32,000 nucleotides of DNA from an uncultured archaeon (GTDB lineage Archaea > Iainarchaeota > Iainarchaeia > Iainarchaeales > DATDZZ01): contig CAYJVY010000001.1 of assembly GCA_964373795.1 (NCBI GenBank), forward strand, positions 1 to 32,000. Reading direction: 5' to 3'. The position numbers and the translations under genes were made by a program. How positions within the stretch are numbered: position 1 is the stretch's first letter; the number at the start of each line of letters is the position of its first letter. Shown here in pieces: positions 22,101 through 31,530 of the stretch. The notes under the pieces are model-generated. The model had not been told where the DNA came from. It searched no databases and saw nothing but the letters and a program-made list of their open reading frames with translations.

Positions 22101-23348
22101 TCACTCATACATTGGAAATCTTTTAGTTAACTCTAAAACATCTTCTCTTACGCGAGAAATTACTTGTTCATTTGAATGATTTTTTACAACCTTGGCAATT
22201 AATTCTCCAATGAATTTGCATTCAGATTCCTTCATTCCGCGAGAAGTAATTGCTGGCGAGCCAAGTCTAATTCCGCTTGGATCGAATGGTTTGCGTGAAT
22301 CAAATGGAATTGCATTCTTGTTTACTGTAATCAAAGCTTTATCCAAGGCTTCTTCAGCGAGTTTTCCTGTAACGCCTACACTCATAGTGTCTGCAAGAAT
22401 CAAGTGATTATCGGTTCCTCCTGAAACCAAACGAATTCCATTCTCCATTAAATATTGAGCCATTGCTTTTGCATTCTTCACAATTTGTTTCGCATAATTC
22501 TGGAATTCTGGTTTCAAGGCTTCTCCTAATATGACTGCTTTTGAAGCAATTTGATGTTCATGTGGGCCGCCTTGCATTCCAGGAAAAACAGCTTTATCAA
22601 CTGCTTGAGCAAATTTTTCCTTGCACATTATTATTGCTCCTCTTGGCCCACGCAATGTCTTGTGAGAAGTAGTCATTACCAAGTCAGTGAAAGGAAAAGG
22701 ACTTGGATGAGCTTTTCCAGCAATTAATCCTGCAATGTGCGAAATGTCAGCCATTGAAATTGCTTGCACTTCTTCAGCTATTTCATGAAATCTTTGAAAA
22801 TCAATTTCTCTTGGATAAGCAGTTGCTCCTGAAACAATCATTTTAGGTTTTTCTTCAAGCGCGAGCTTGCGAATGAAATCATAATCCAGTGTTTCAGTTT
22901 TCTGGTCAACAGGATATTGAACAAACTTCCAAAGCTTTCCACTAAAATTTACTGGATGCCCATGAGTTAAATGTCCTCCCATATCTAACTTCATTCCCAT
23001 TATTTTTTCTCCAATAGGAACAGTTGCTAAATAAATTTCTAAATTAGCTGGACTACCAGAATAAGGTTGAACATTTACATGCTCGCAACCAAACAATTGC
23101 TTGCAACGCGAGATTGCAAGATTCTCCATTTCATCAATAAAAGTATTTCCACCATAATAACGTTTTCCTGGATAGCCTTCAGAATACTTGTTATTCATTA
23201 CACTTCCAAGTGCTTGAAGTGCAGCAAGTGAAGGAAAATTCTCTGAAGGAATTAATTCTAATCCATTGTTTTGACGCTGTTTTTCCTTGTCAATTATTGC
23301 TTGAACTTGTGAATCGTGTTTCTGTAAAACAGTCTTGAAATCATTCAT
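22101..23348 (-). CDS. glyA: serine hydroxymethyltransferase
   Basis: LELIPSENF, NKYSEGYPGKRYYGG, and the PLP-lysine motif TTSHKTLRGPRGA. ATG 23348 preferred over the track's TTG 23357. Confidence 0.95.
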   Translation of the reverse strand: MNDFKTVLQKHDSQVQAIIDKEKQRQNNGLELIPSENFPSLAALQALGSVMNNKYSEGYPGKRYYGGNTFIDEMENLAISRCKQLFGCEHVNVQPYSGSPANLEIYLATVPIGEKIMGMKLDMGGHLTHGHPVNFSGKLWKFVQYPVDQKTETLDYDFIRKLALEEKPKMIVSGATAYPREIDFQRFHEIAEEVQAISMADISHIAGLIAGKAHPSPFPFTDLVMTTSHKTLRGPRGAIIMCKEKFAQAVDKAVFPGMQGGPHEHQIASKAVILGEALKPEFQNYAKQIVKNAKAMAQYLMENGIRLVSGGTDNHLILADTMSVGVTGKLAEEALDKALITVNKNAIPFDSRKPFDPSGIRLGSPAITSRGMKESECKFIGELIAKVVKNHSNEQVISRVREDVLELTKRFPMYE

Positions 23349-23408
23349 TAAAATCAAGAAAATTAAGGAAGAGAATAATTTTAATTCTATTCATGCAAAA
23401 ATCTTTAA
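23349..23408. promoter_or_regulatory. 60-bp divergent promoter region shared by glyA and thyX
   Basis: AT-rich spacer with a central AATAATTTTAATT element about 30 nt from both start codons. No SD on either side. Confidence 0.4.
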
Positions 23409-25076
23409 ATGGTTGAAGAAAAAAAACTTGGATTCAAAGAAGAAGATTTCACTGAAGAAGAAAAAAAAATTCTCGCCCCTTTTTTCACTAATTTCAACAA
23501 ACCAGTTTTTGCTTTCAAAAACCTGCCTCAAGTCGTATGCGGAGCATTATTTTCAAGGTACTCTAGAACAGATAAAAGCTTGCGCAGACTTTTATTGGAT
23601 GAATTCATTAACGCTCCTGAAATGGGTTTCAAAGAAATTGTTGGCTTTCAATTAGATAGAGGACAATCAGAATTAATTGCAATTCAAAAAGCCGAAGAAT
23701 TTTATGACAGAGTATTAGTAGGATATGGAGATGACTCTGTAGCAGAACTAGGCGGAGCACATTTAGCTGTAGAACAAATAAGCAATATTGCTACAAAGGT
23801 TTTAGAGGATGCAAGAATTGGTTTAAGTCCTTTAGAAAAAAGTTCTAGATATGTTTACTATGACAACAAAATTGATGAAGAATTCCAATTCTACCGCGAA
23901 CCAAAAATAATGCAATCCAAGCATGCAAAAACTTATTTGGAATTAAACAATGAATTGTTTGAAACCTATTCAAAGCTTATTCCTGAAATGAAGAAATTCA
24001 TAATGGAAAAATTCCCTCAAACAGCAGACATATCAGACAGAGCATATCAGTCAACTGTTAAAGCAAAGGCTTGCGATGTTTTAAGAGTTTTTTTGCCTGC
24101 AAGCACTTTAACGAATATAGGAATTTATGGAAACGGCCGAGCATTTGAATACTTGCTTACAAAAATGTATGCACATCCATTAACTGAAATTCAAGAACTC
24201 GCTGCAAGCATGCAAGAAGAGTTAGAAAAAATAATTCCTTCCTTTGTGAAACGCGCAAACGACAAATATGGACAGAGAACAATTTCATACCTTCAAGAAA
24301 CAAGAAAAGCAATGGAGAATTTAACAGAAGAATTCCTTGGAAAAGAATCCCTGCACAAATTCTCAGGCAAACAAGAAGAAGTTTCATTAGTGGAATTCGA
24401 TAAAGATGCAGAAGACAAAGTTCTTGCAGGAATCTTCTATCAATACACTGATTTGCCAAAAAAAGAAATCAAGAAAAAAGTAAAAAAATTGAATGCTGAG
24501 GAAAGAAAAAAAGTAATTCAAGAATTCCTTTCACGCAGGGAAAACCGCAGACACAAACCTGGAAGAGCTTTAGAGAATACTTATTATACTTTTGATATTC
24601 TTGGAGACTATGGAGTTTACAGAGATCTTCAAAGGCATAGAATGCTTTCACAAGAAAGGCAATTGCTTTCAACAAAGCATGGCTATTATACTCCAATAGA
24701 ACTTGCAGAAATTGGAGCAGAAAAAAAACATACAGAATTAATGCAAAAAGCTGATTCAGTATTCAAAGAAATTGCAAAAGATTTCAAAAAAGAAGCTCAA
24801 TATGTTGTTCCGTTTGGATATAAAATTAGATGGTATTTCAAAATGAATTTACGAGAAGTATATCATTTAACTGAGTTGCGAAGCGTTCCCCAAGGCCATC
24901 CAAATTATAGAAGAATTGCTCAAAAAATTTTCTTGGAAACACAAAAAGTTCATCCTGCTTTAGCTGAATACATGAAATTCGTTGACTTAAAAGAATACGC
25001 TTTAGAAAGACTTGAAGCAGAAAAAAAGCAAGACAAAAAACAAGCAGAATTGGAGCAAAAATATGGGAAAGGGTGA
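23409..25076 (+). CDS. thyX: FAD-dependent thymidylate synthase ThyX, long (about 2x) form
   Basis: ThyX signature RHRMLS at aa 409-414 (nt 24633-24650) plus ELRSVPQGHPNYRRIA. N-terminal half (GALFSRYSRTDKSLRRLL) is ThyX-like but lacks the RHR motif. 555 aa versus about 220-250 for canonical ThyX. Confidence 0.85.
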   Translation: MVEEKKLGFKEEDFTEEEKKILAPFFTNFNKPVFAFKNLPQVVCGALFSRYSRTDKSLRRLLLDEFINAPEMGFKEIVGFQLDRGQSELIAIQKAEEFYDRVLVGYGDDSVAELGGAHLAVEQISNIATKVLEDARIGLSPLEKSSRYVYYDNKIDEEFQFYREPKIMQSKHAKTYLELNNELFETYSKLIPEMKKFIMEKFPQTADISDRAYQSTVKAKACDVLRVFLPASTLTNIGIYGNGRAFEYLLTKMYAHPLTEIQELAASMQEELEKIIPSFVKRANDKYGQRTISYLQETRKAMENLTEEFLGKESLHKFSGKQEEVSLVEFDKDAEDKVLAGIFYQYTDLPKKEIKKKVKKLNAEERKKVIQEFLSRRENRRHKPGRALENTYYTFDILGDYGVYRDLQRHRMLSQERQLLSTKHGYYTPIELAEIGAEKKHTELMQKADSVFKEIAKDFKKEAQYVVPFGYKIRWYFKMNLREVYHLTELRSVPQGHPNYRRIAQKIFLETQKVHPALAEYMKFVDLKEYALERLEAEKKQDKKQAELEQKYGKG

Positions 25077-25083
25077 ACACTAA

Positions 25084-25755
25084 ATGCCAAAACCAAGAAA
25101 AGTAATTAAGACTAAACCTTTGAATCCATACTCCATTTTGGAATCAAAACTTGTGTGGAAAGAGAGATTAGGAACTGGACAAATTAGGACTGTCACCAGA
25201 GTAACTGTTGGAAAAGAAGAAAAGAATTTGGTAAAAAAAACAATACACATAGATTATGTGGGCAAAGAGAAAGAAGCTAAAAGACTATTAACTAGGGAAG
25301 CAAAACTTTTGAGGCTGTTTGAAATAAATGGAATAAAAGTACCAAAAAATATAAAAGTTGATTTGAGGAAAGGTCAAGAAGGTTTGTGGATGGAAGACTT
25401 ATCACAAGAAGGTGAGATAATTGAAACACATGTTAGAGGAAACCCAATAAAGTTTAGAGAATTATCCATACAAAAGCATGAGCAAACAATTAGAGAATTA
25501 GCAAGACAACTTAAAACAATCCATAGTCTTGGATATCATCTTGTATTTGACATAATAGATATATGGGTTTTTATTAAAAAAGGAGGACAGTTAATTCCTG
25601 CAGTTGTAGACACAGAATTTATTACTAAGTCAAAAAAAAGAATACAAGAACACAGAAGAGAAAATGTTGAATATATTGGGTGCTATCTTGGAAAAGAAGA
25701 GTTTCAATTATTTAAAAAAGAATACGTAGAATATGCGCCAAAATTGGTGAAATAA
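25084..25755 (+). CDS. hypothetical protein with degenerate protein-kinase-like features
   Basis: Gly-loop-like LGTGQIRTVTRV, Lys in LVKKTI, hinge-like LWMEDL, DFG-like VVDTEF. The catalytic loop HxD...N is not conserved (GYHLVFDIIDIW). SD GGGTGA overlaps the thyX stop. Confidence 0.4.
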   Translation: MPKPRKVIKTKPLNPYSILESKLVWKERLGTGQIRTVTRVTVGKEEKNLVKKTIHIDYVGKEKEAKRLLTREAKLLRLFEINGIKVPKNIKVDLRKGQEGLWMEDLSQEGEIIETHVRGNPIKFRELSIQKHEQTIRELARQLKTIHSLGYHLVFDIIDIWVFIKKGGQLIPAVVDTEFITKSKKRIQEHRRENVEYIGCYLGKEEFQLFKKEYVEYAPKLVK

Positions 25756-26187
25756 ATGCAAAACCAAATATATATTTGTGGAGCATTAACTTTTGTTCCA
25801 GAACAAGAAAAAGATGAATTAACGCAGTTCTTTATTGATTTGGCTAGGTTGTGCAAAGAATACGGCTTTCATGCACTTGTACCTGGAAAAAAATGGCTTG
25901 ACAGAGGAATTCCAAATCCTAGTTCTCAACAAGTTTACGAGGTAGACAAAAAAGAAATAAGAGAGTCAGTGTTCATGATTGCTGTCCTGGATTACTTGTC
26001 TTTTGGAGTTGGAATTGAGTTAGAGATATGCAATGCAAACCAAATTCCAGTACTAGCTCTTTTAAGAAAAGAAAACAGTATTTCGAAAATAACTGCAGGA
26101 TGCCCTGCAATCGAACAAATAATTGAATACGAAAACTATTCAGATGCTTTGCAAAAAGTAAGAGAATTTTTTGAAGAATGCAAATAA
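25756..26187 (+). CDS. nucleoside 2-deoxyribosyltransferase / DNPH1 (Rcl)-like protein
   Basis: IYICGAL N-terminus, YEVDKKEI, and SFGVGIELE (catalytic Glu context, compare SLGVGYELG in DNPH1). ATG abuts the upstream stop, with SD TGGTGA at 25745-25750. Confidence 0.6.
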   Translation: MQNQIYICGALTFVPEQEKDELTQFFIDLARLCKEYGFHALVPGKKWLDRGIPNPSSQQVYEVDKKEIRESVFMIAVLDYLSFGVGIELEICNANQIPVLALLRKENSISKITAGCPAIEQIIEYENYSDALQKVREFFEECK

Positions 26188-26284
26188 AAACTAAAAAAAA
26201 AGGATTAATTAGTTAGTAACATTATCTTTTGTTGAAAAAAATTTACACAATTCCTAGAATAAAATAAAAAGGTTTGACCGTCAA

Positions 26285-26294
26285 CTATAAATAT
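26285..26294 (+). promoter_or_regulatory. TATA box CTATAAATAT about 27 nt upstream of ATG 26317
   Basis: Read directly. Confidence 0.4.
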
Positions 26295-26316
26295 TTCTTT
26301 CTTGCAAATATATTAA

Positions 26317-28446
26317 ATGAAAAAGTTCTACAGACTTTTTGCAATATCTCTATTCTTATTTTGTCTAGCGGCTAGTGTACAAGCAACTGATTTTAATGTA
26401 TTAAGGCAAAAAATTGATTCTGTCGGTAATTTTGGTCAACAGTTTGAAAACAATGAAATATCTTATCCTCAACTTGTTGTTCTCTCAAAAACTATTGCAC
26501 AAGAAGTGCGCGAAGAGTTGTTGCAACAAACATCCAAAGAAGGCGGCTTTAAAGAAGAAATTCTTTCGGAAAATGTGATTAGAGAATTGTTTGGCGGCAA
26601 TAGTGGTTTTACAAACTGGGTTTGGGTAAAGAATGAAAAAAAAGCTGTACGCATACAACAACAACTGCCTTACTGGCAAAAAGCGTTATTTGATGGCAGA
26701 AAGACAAGAATTACTGCAACAATTCTGCCACAAGCAGTGAACGCAGGAGAGAAAACAGTTTTCTTTTACGATTTTGTTTTCAATATTAGGCCAAAAACAT
26801 TTCAAAAACCAAGTCTTGAAAGTATTAGCACTGAAATCAGAACTGCCTTGCTAGACTACAACTCTGGCAAAGACACAAGAATTGTTGACTTGGCTTTAGA
26901 GCAGAATGCAAAAATAAAATGGTATATTGAGGACAGCTCTGTTGGAAATGATTGTGGAGTTGTTCAAGAATTAATAGGCGAATACAGGGAGCTTTCCTTC
27001 ATGGAACTAGTTTTAAATCTACGCGAGTTCGAACAGGGAAAAATAGTAATGAAAATGAATTGGTGTGAAAACAATTGTGAAAACCAAGAAATAGGTGCAA
27101 ACATTATTATAGAATTCAACACCTGGGAGCACTATATTCCTCCAGGAAACCAGACAAGATTTAGTTCTGAAGACTTCAACCAATTTTCTGAAGAAGAACT
27201 AAAGGACTTAATAAGCCAAACATTGCAAGAAATAAAAAGCTCTGAAACAAGTATCGAGTTTTTAAAAAAGGTAAGAGACGAAAGTGCACCAAAAATTGAT
27301 GCAATGTTTCATGCGTTATCAAAAAAAGGTCCAAGCAATTATTCATGGGCTAAACAATTGGCAACAGAGCTAGCAGTTGGCAAATCTATTATAGAAAACC
27401 CTTACACTAGAAGAATTTTCGAACAAGATATTCTCAACACAGAGGAAGGTAGGGCAGCATTCTATGCTGACTGCACTATAAAACCTAATGGAACTGGAGG
27501 ATCAAGTGGCGGAATTATTTTCCAAAAAGAATTGTTTCACACAATTGGTGTTGCAATGCAAGAAAAACGTTTTGACACCAAATCAGATTGCTCTTTTTAT
27601 TTACAGTCATTCGAGAACCATAGAAATTTGTTGCAACAAATTGATAACAAGTTCTTAGAATGGTTTCTTGATAGCTATGTTTCTGCAAACGAAGAAAAAT
27701 GGTGGATGCATGCAAGCACAATTAATGCCCTACATAATAACATTACTGATAACACTAGAGAAATCGTTAGACAATTGGACTGCTTGCAGGCAAAAGAATT
27801 ACCTAGTGGATTAAAGTCAATAAATGCAGAATTTTCCAGCAGATATGGAAGCATCAAAATTTGGGAGAAAAACAAAACAGCAAAAGTATTTGAAACAGCA
27901 CAGGAAAGAATTGTTCCATCAACATATCTGGAAATGCAATTATTGCCTCCAAAACCTGAACTAAAGAAAAGTATATCAAAAGCTCTCTTAAAAATTTCTG
28001 AAAGAGATATTAGTGCTAGAATTGAAGCAGATCCTGAATTGAAGAACAATATTGCTCAAGAATTAAAAGGAAAAAAAGTTTCACAACTAGTAAACTATAA
28101 GGATGGAGAAGAAGTTTTTGCTTCAATAATGATAACAGTTGATGAAAACAATATTTTATTAAGACAGGCACAGGCAACAGAAAACGCTGACATAAGGATG
28201 GGAATTGATATTGAATTCATTTACTCTATAATGAAGGTCACAGGAAAACCAAAAACATTTAATCCTCCTTGGGAATCAGAAAAACCTGTTGGATTAATAG
28301 AAAAGACTGGACAAATAATGGAGCTTACCCTAGTTGTTCTAGAAGCACTTGTTTCTGGAAAACTTAGTGTAGAACCTATTACTGTGTTGCCTGCAACTAT
28401 TGCAAGTGCTAACAAAATAGCGGAAAGTATTGCCAGGTTTGCATAA
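26317..28446 (+). CDS. large secreted hypothetical protein (709 aa)
   Basis: Sec signal MKKFYRLFAISLFLFCLAASVQA. Long uninterrupted ORF. No domain recognised. Confidence 0.7.
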   Translation: MKKFYRLFAISLFLFCLAASVQATDFNVLRQKIDSVGNFGQQFENNEISYPQLVVLSKTIAQEVREELLQQTSKEGGFKEEILSENVIRELFGGNSGFTNWVWVKNEKKAVRIQQQLPYWQKALFDGRKTRITATILPQAVNAGEKTVFFYDFVFNIRPKTFQKPSLESISTEIRTALLDYNSGKDTRIVDLALEQNAKIKWYIEDSSVGNDCGVVQELIGEYRELSFMELVLNLREFEQGKIVMKMNWCENNCENQEIGANIIIEFNTWEHYIPPGNQTRFSSEDFNQFSEEELKDLISQTLQEIKSSETSIEFLKKVRDESAPKIDAMFHALSKKGPSNYSWAKQLATELAVGKSIIENPYTRRIFEQDILNTEEGRAAFYADCTIKPNGTGGSSGGIIFQKELFHTIGVAMQEKRFDTKSDCSFYLQSFENHRNLLQQIDNKFLEWFLDSYVSANEEKWWMHASTINALHNNITDNTREIVRQLDCLQAKELPSGLKSINAEFSSRYGSIKIWEKNKTAKVFETAQERIVPSTYLEMQLLPPKPELKKSISKALLKISERDISARIEADPELKNNIAQELKGKKVSQLVNYKDGEEVFASIMITVDENNILLRQAQATENADIRMGIDIEFIYSIMKVTGKPKTFNPPWESEKPVGLIEKTGQIMELTLVVLEALVSGKLSVEPITVLPATIASANKIAESIARFA

Positions 28447-28503
28447 CCCTGTTACAAAATAATCCTCCTTATTTAACTCAGTTAATGTAAAACTGAATGC
28501 TCG

Positions 28504-28522
28504 TTTTTCCATTTTTTCTTTT
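28504..28522 (+). terminator. oligo-T tract (T5, T6, T4) about 58 nt after the 709-aa ORF
   Basis: TTTTTCCATTTTTTCTTTT read directly. Archaeal terminators are oligo-T runs. Confidence 0.4.
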
Positions 28523-28721
28523 AGAGCACTTACTCGTCCAAAAATATGTTCTATGTCGACTTGTTTGTTATATAGAGTCGAAGTTTTACCTTATTTAACT
28601 AATTGGTACTGACTTAATACGTGATGACAATTAGTATATTTAACTGGAATAGCACAATCCAGCAAAACAATTACAATAGGAATAAATTCATAATGTTCCT
28701 GATTGTATTAGTGAACACTTC

Positions 28722-29981
28722 ATGGCTTTAATTGAAAAGATTTTAGCAAGGCAAATTCTTGATTCAAGAGGCAATCCAACAATTGAGGTAGAAGCTTGGA
28801 GTGGAAATGCTTCTGCTAAAGCAATTGTTCCATCCGGTGCAAGCACTGGAAAACATGAAGCACTTGAACTAAGAGATGAAGGAAAAGAATTTTCAGGAAA
28901 AAGCGTTTTAAAAGCAGTGAAAAATGTTAATGAATTAATTGCTCCAAAATTAATTGGATTATGCTTTGATGAACAAAAACAAATTGATGAATTAATGATT
29001 AAATTAGATAACACTTCAAATAAATCAAAACTTGGAGCAAATGCAATTCTAGGAGTTTCATTAGCAGTATGCAAATTGTCTGCTTTAAAAAATGCAATTC
29101 CGCTTTACAAATACATTGCTAATTTAAGTGGAAATAAAAAAATTTGCTTGCCTATTCCTCAACTAAATGTCTTGAACGGAGGAAAACACGCAGGACAAGA
29201 AAACGATGTTCAGGAAACAATGCTTTACCCAAGTAAAGCAAAAAGTTTTTCTGAAGCCTTAAGGTTTTCAGTTGAAGTATATCAGGAATTAAAAAAACAA
29301 TTAAGTAAAAAGTTTGGATGGCAATCTGTTTTACTTGGAGATGAAGGAGGATTTGCTCCTCCAATTAAATCAGAAACTGAAAGGCTTGAATTACTGGAAA
29401 AGGTTTTAGAAGAACTATGCTTAAAAGAAAAATTTGAATTTGCTTTAGATGCTGCTGCTTCAGAGTTTTTTAAGGAAGGAAAATATTTTATTGGAGAAAA
29501 AAGTTTTTCATCTGAAGAATTAATTGATTACTGGAAAAATTTAGTGAATGAATTCAAAATTTATTCTTTAGAAGATGGATTAAGTGAAGATGATTGGCTT
29601 GGGTGGCAAGCATTAAATAAAGAACTTGGAAGAAAAACTCAAGTGGTTGGAGATGACTTGCTTGTAACAAATATTTTCAGAATTCAAAAAGCAGTTAAAG
29701 AAAAATCTTGTAATGCATTACTTTTAAAAGTAAACCAGATTGGAACTTTAACTGAGTCAATTCAAGCAGCAAATCTTTCTTTTAAAAATAACTGGAATGT
29801 AATTGTTTCACACAGATCAGGAGAAACAGAGGATTCATTTATTGCAGATTTAGTTGTTGGCTTGAATTGCGGTCAAAGCAAGTTTGGCGCTCCAGCCCGT
29901 TCAGACCGCAATGCCAAGTACAACCAGCTTTTAAGAATTGAAGAAGCTCTAGGAAAGAAAGCAGTTTATGGAAGAAAATAA
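28722..29981 (+). CDS. eno: enolase (phosphopyruvate hydratase)
   Basis: ILARQILDSRGNPTIEVE N-terminus, SHRSGETED, GQSKFGAPARSDRNAKYNQLLRIEE. 419 aa. Confidence 0.95.
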   Translation: MALIEKILARQILDSRGNPTIEVEAWSGNASAKAIVPSGASTGKHEALELRDEGKEFSGKSVLKAVKNVNELIAPKLIGLCFDEQKQIDELMIKLDNTSNKSKLGANAILGVSLAVCKLSALKNAIPLYKYIANLSGNKKICLPIPQLNVLNGGKHAGQENDVQETMLYPSKAKSFSEALRFSVEVYQELKKQLSKKFGWQSVLLGDEGGFAPPIKSETERLELLEKVLEELCLKEKFEFALDAAASEFFKEGKYFIGEKSFSSEELIDYWKNLVNEFKIYSLEDGLSEDDWLGWQALNKELGRKTQVVGDDLLVTNIFRIQKAVKEKSCNALLLKVNQIGTLTESIQAANLSFKNNWNVIVSHRSGETEDSFIADLVVGLNCGQSKFGAPARSDRNAKYNQLLRIEEALGKKAVYGRK

Positions 29982-29985
29982 TTAC

Positions 29986-30984
29986 TCATTTTTTCAACAA
30001 TTGTTTGCCAACTCTAAAGGTATCTCTGTTAAGTTCTTTAGAAATTAACAACAGTTCATAAGATTGAATTATGTCAGAAAAATTGTTTTTTAATTCTCTC
30101 AAAACTTCGTGAAACTCATCACTTGATTTAACCATTATTTGTAAATCCATGTCATTTATTCCAACAGTATTAACTAAAATAAGAATATTTGGATGTACGC
30201 TACAAAAACTGATTAAATCGTTTTTTCGTTTAAGCGTAAGATTTTGAAATTTTAACATCAAAGAATAATAAGAATAACCAATTAAGGCATAATCCAAGAA
30301 AACTCTATTTCCAACAATAACATCTTTTGAAACTAAATTTTTTAATCTATAATTAATTGTGTCTGGAGAGACATTAAGTTGAAAAGCTAATTCAACTAAA
30401 TTTAACCTAGCATTATTTGACAAAAGCATTAAAATCTTTAAATCCAAATCATCATATCTGAATTGTTCGCTCGCAGAAAAATAAGGTTTTGGAATCCTCT
30501 CCAATGGCGCTTTTTCAACTAAAAATTTTCCATTAAATCTAATTAATTGGGTTGTGATTGAAACTGCTCTGTCTTTAATGAACTTTCCATATTTTGTAGA
30601 AATTTCATTTAAAAAGTTTTCAAAATGAAAAACACTTAACATGCTTGCAGCAATCATTAAATCCCATTTACCATCTGAGGAAGCCAACCAAACAACTGAA
30701 GGATTATCAATAAAAAAAGAAATTAATTCTTGCTCTTGTTCTTGAGAGATTTCATCAAACCTCAAATAAGTTTTTGTTTGAATGAAACCAAATTTTTCAA
30801 CTCTAATAAAGGACACAAATTTTTTAATTACTCCCGCCTGAAGAAGCTTATCTAATCTATATTTTACAACTTGCTTGGATGTTTTAACTTTTTTTGCAAT
30901 TAAAGAAAGAGGTTGTCTACAATTTACATCTAATTCAAACAAAATTTTTTTATCCAAATTATCCAATAAAAATAGATCTACCAT
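29986..30984 (-). CDS. tandem (duplicated) Lrp/AsnC-family transcriptional regulator
   Basis: Two HTH segments (LDKKILFELDVNCRQPLSLIAKKVKTSKQVVKYRLDKLLQAGVI and LDLKILMLLSNNARLNLVELAFQLNVSPDTINYRLKNLVSKDVI), each followed by a RAM-like domain. Confidence 0.7.
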   Translation of the reverse strand: MVDLFLLDNLDKKILFELDVNCRQPLSLIAKKVKTSKQVVKYRLDKLLQAGVIKKFVSFIRVEKFGFIQTKTYLRFDEISQEQEQELISFFIDNPSVVWLASSDGKWDLMIAASMLSVFHFENFLNEISTKYGKFIKDRAVSITTQLIRFNGKFLVEKAPLERIPKPYFSASEQFRYDDLDLKILMLLSNNARLNLVELAFQLNVSPDTINYRLKNLVSKDVIVGNRVFLDYALIGYSYYSLMLKFQNLTLKRKNDLISFCSVHPNILILVNTVGINDMDLQIMVKSSDEFHEVLRELKNNFSDIIQSYELLLISKELNRDTFRVGKQLLKK

Positions 30985-31078
30985 AATTTAACTATTTGGC
31001 AAAATATATATTAATATTTCGTTTAAATTAAAAAAAATAAAAATTAATTTAATATATATGTAAAACTATAGTTAATTT

Positions 31079-31432
31079 ATGCCAATAATCCTAAGCTATC
31101 TTTCACACCTTCTTGTCTTTGACTTTGGTTTTATTATTATAGCTATTTATAGAAATTTATTCCATTTATTTTCTCAATTAATTTTTTTTAAGGTATTAGG
31201 GGGCGAAAAATTATTTCCAAACTTTATTTTTCACATGATTTTTTTATGGGGGGTTATAGATTTAGCTGAGCTTCTCGGATTAATTCAAATTGCTTCTACA
31301 AATATATTTGAGTTTACAATATTTCAAGCAGTTGTATTTGTTTTACTGGAAAAGACTAGATTTCAAAAATTTGAAGCACTAATCATTCTTTTAGGATTTT
31401 TTATTGGATCAATAATTGTTTCTCTTATTTAA
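31079..31432 (+). CDS. small integral membrane protein (117 aa, about 4 TM helices)
   Basis: Hydrophobic ORF with a TATA-like TAATATATATG about 25 nt upstream. No family recognised. Confidence 0.5.
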   Translation: MPIILSYLSHLLVFDFGFIIIAIYRNLFHLFSQLIFFKVLGGEKLFPNFIFHMIFLWGVIDLAELLGLIQIASTNIFEFTIFQAVVFVLLEKTRFQKFEALIILLGFFIGSIIVSLI

Positions 31433-31530
31433 AAAATTTGTCAATCAAAGCAAAAACTCTTTTAATACATTAATTGACAACAAGTTTTTTGAGGGGTTCT
31501 CAGTTAAAAGAGGGTGAGAAATTAATTCAG

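Noticed and set aside
23335-23655. Track ORF 23335-23655(+) overlapping the thyX 5' end
   Set aside because: It is out of frame with thyX, Lys-rich and low complexity, and starts inside the glyA start region. The thyX frame carries the conserved motifs.
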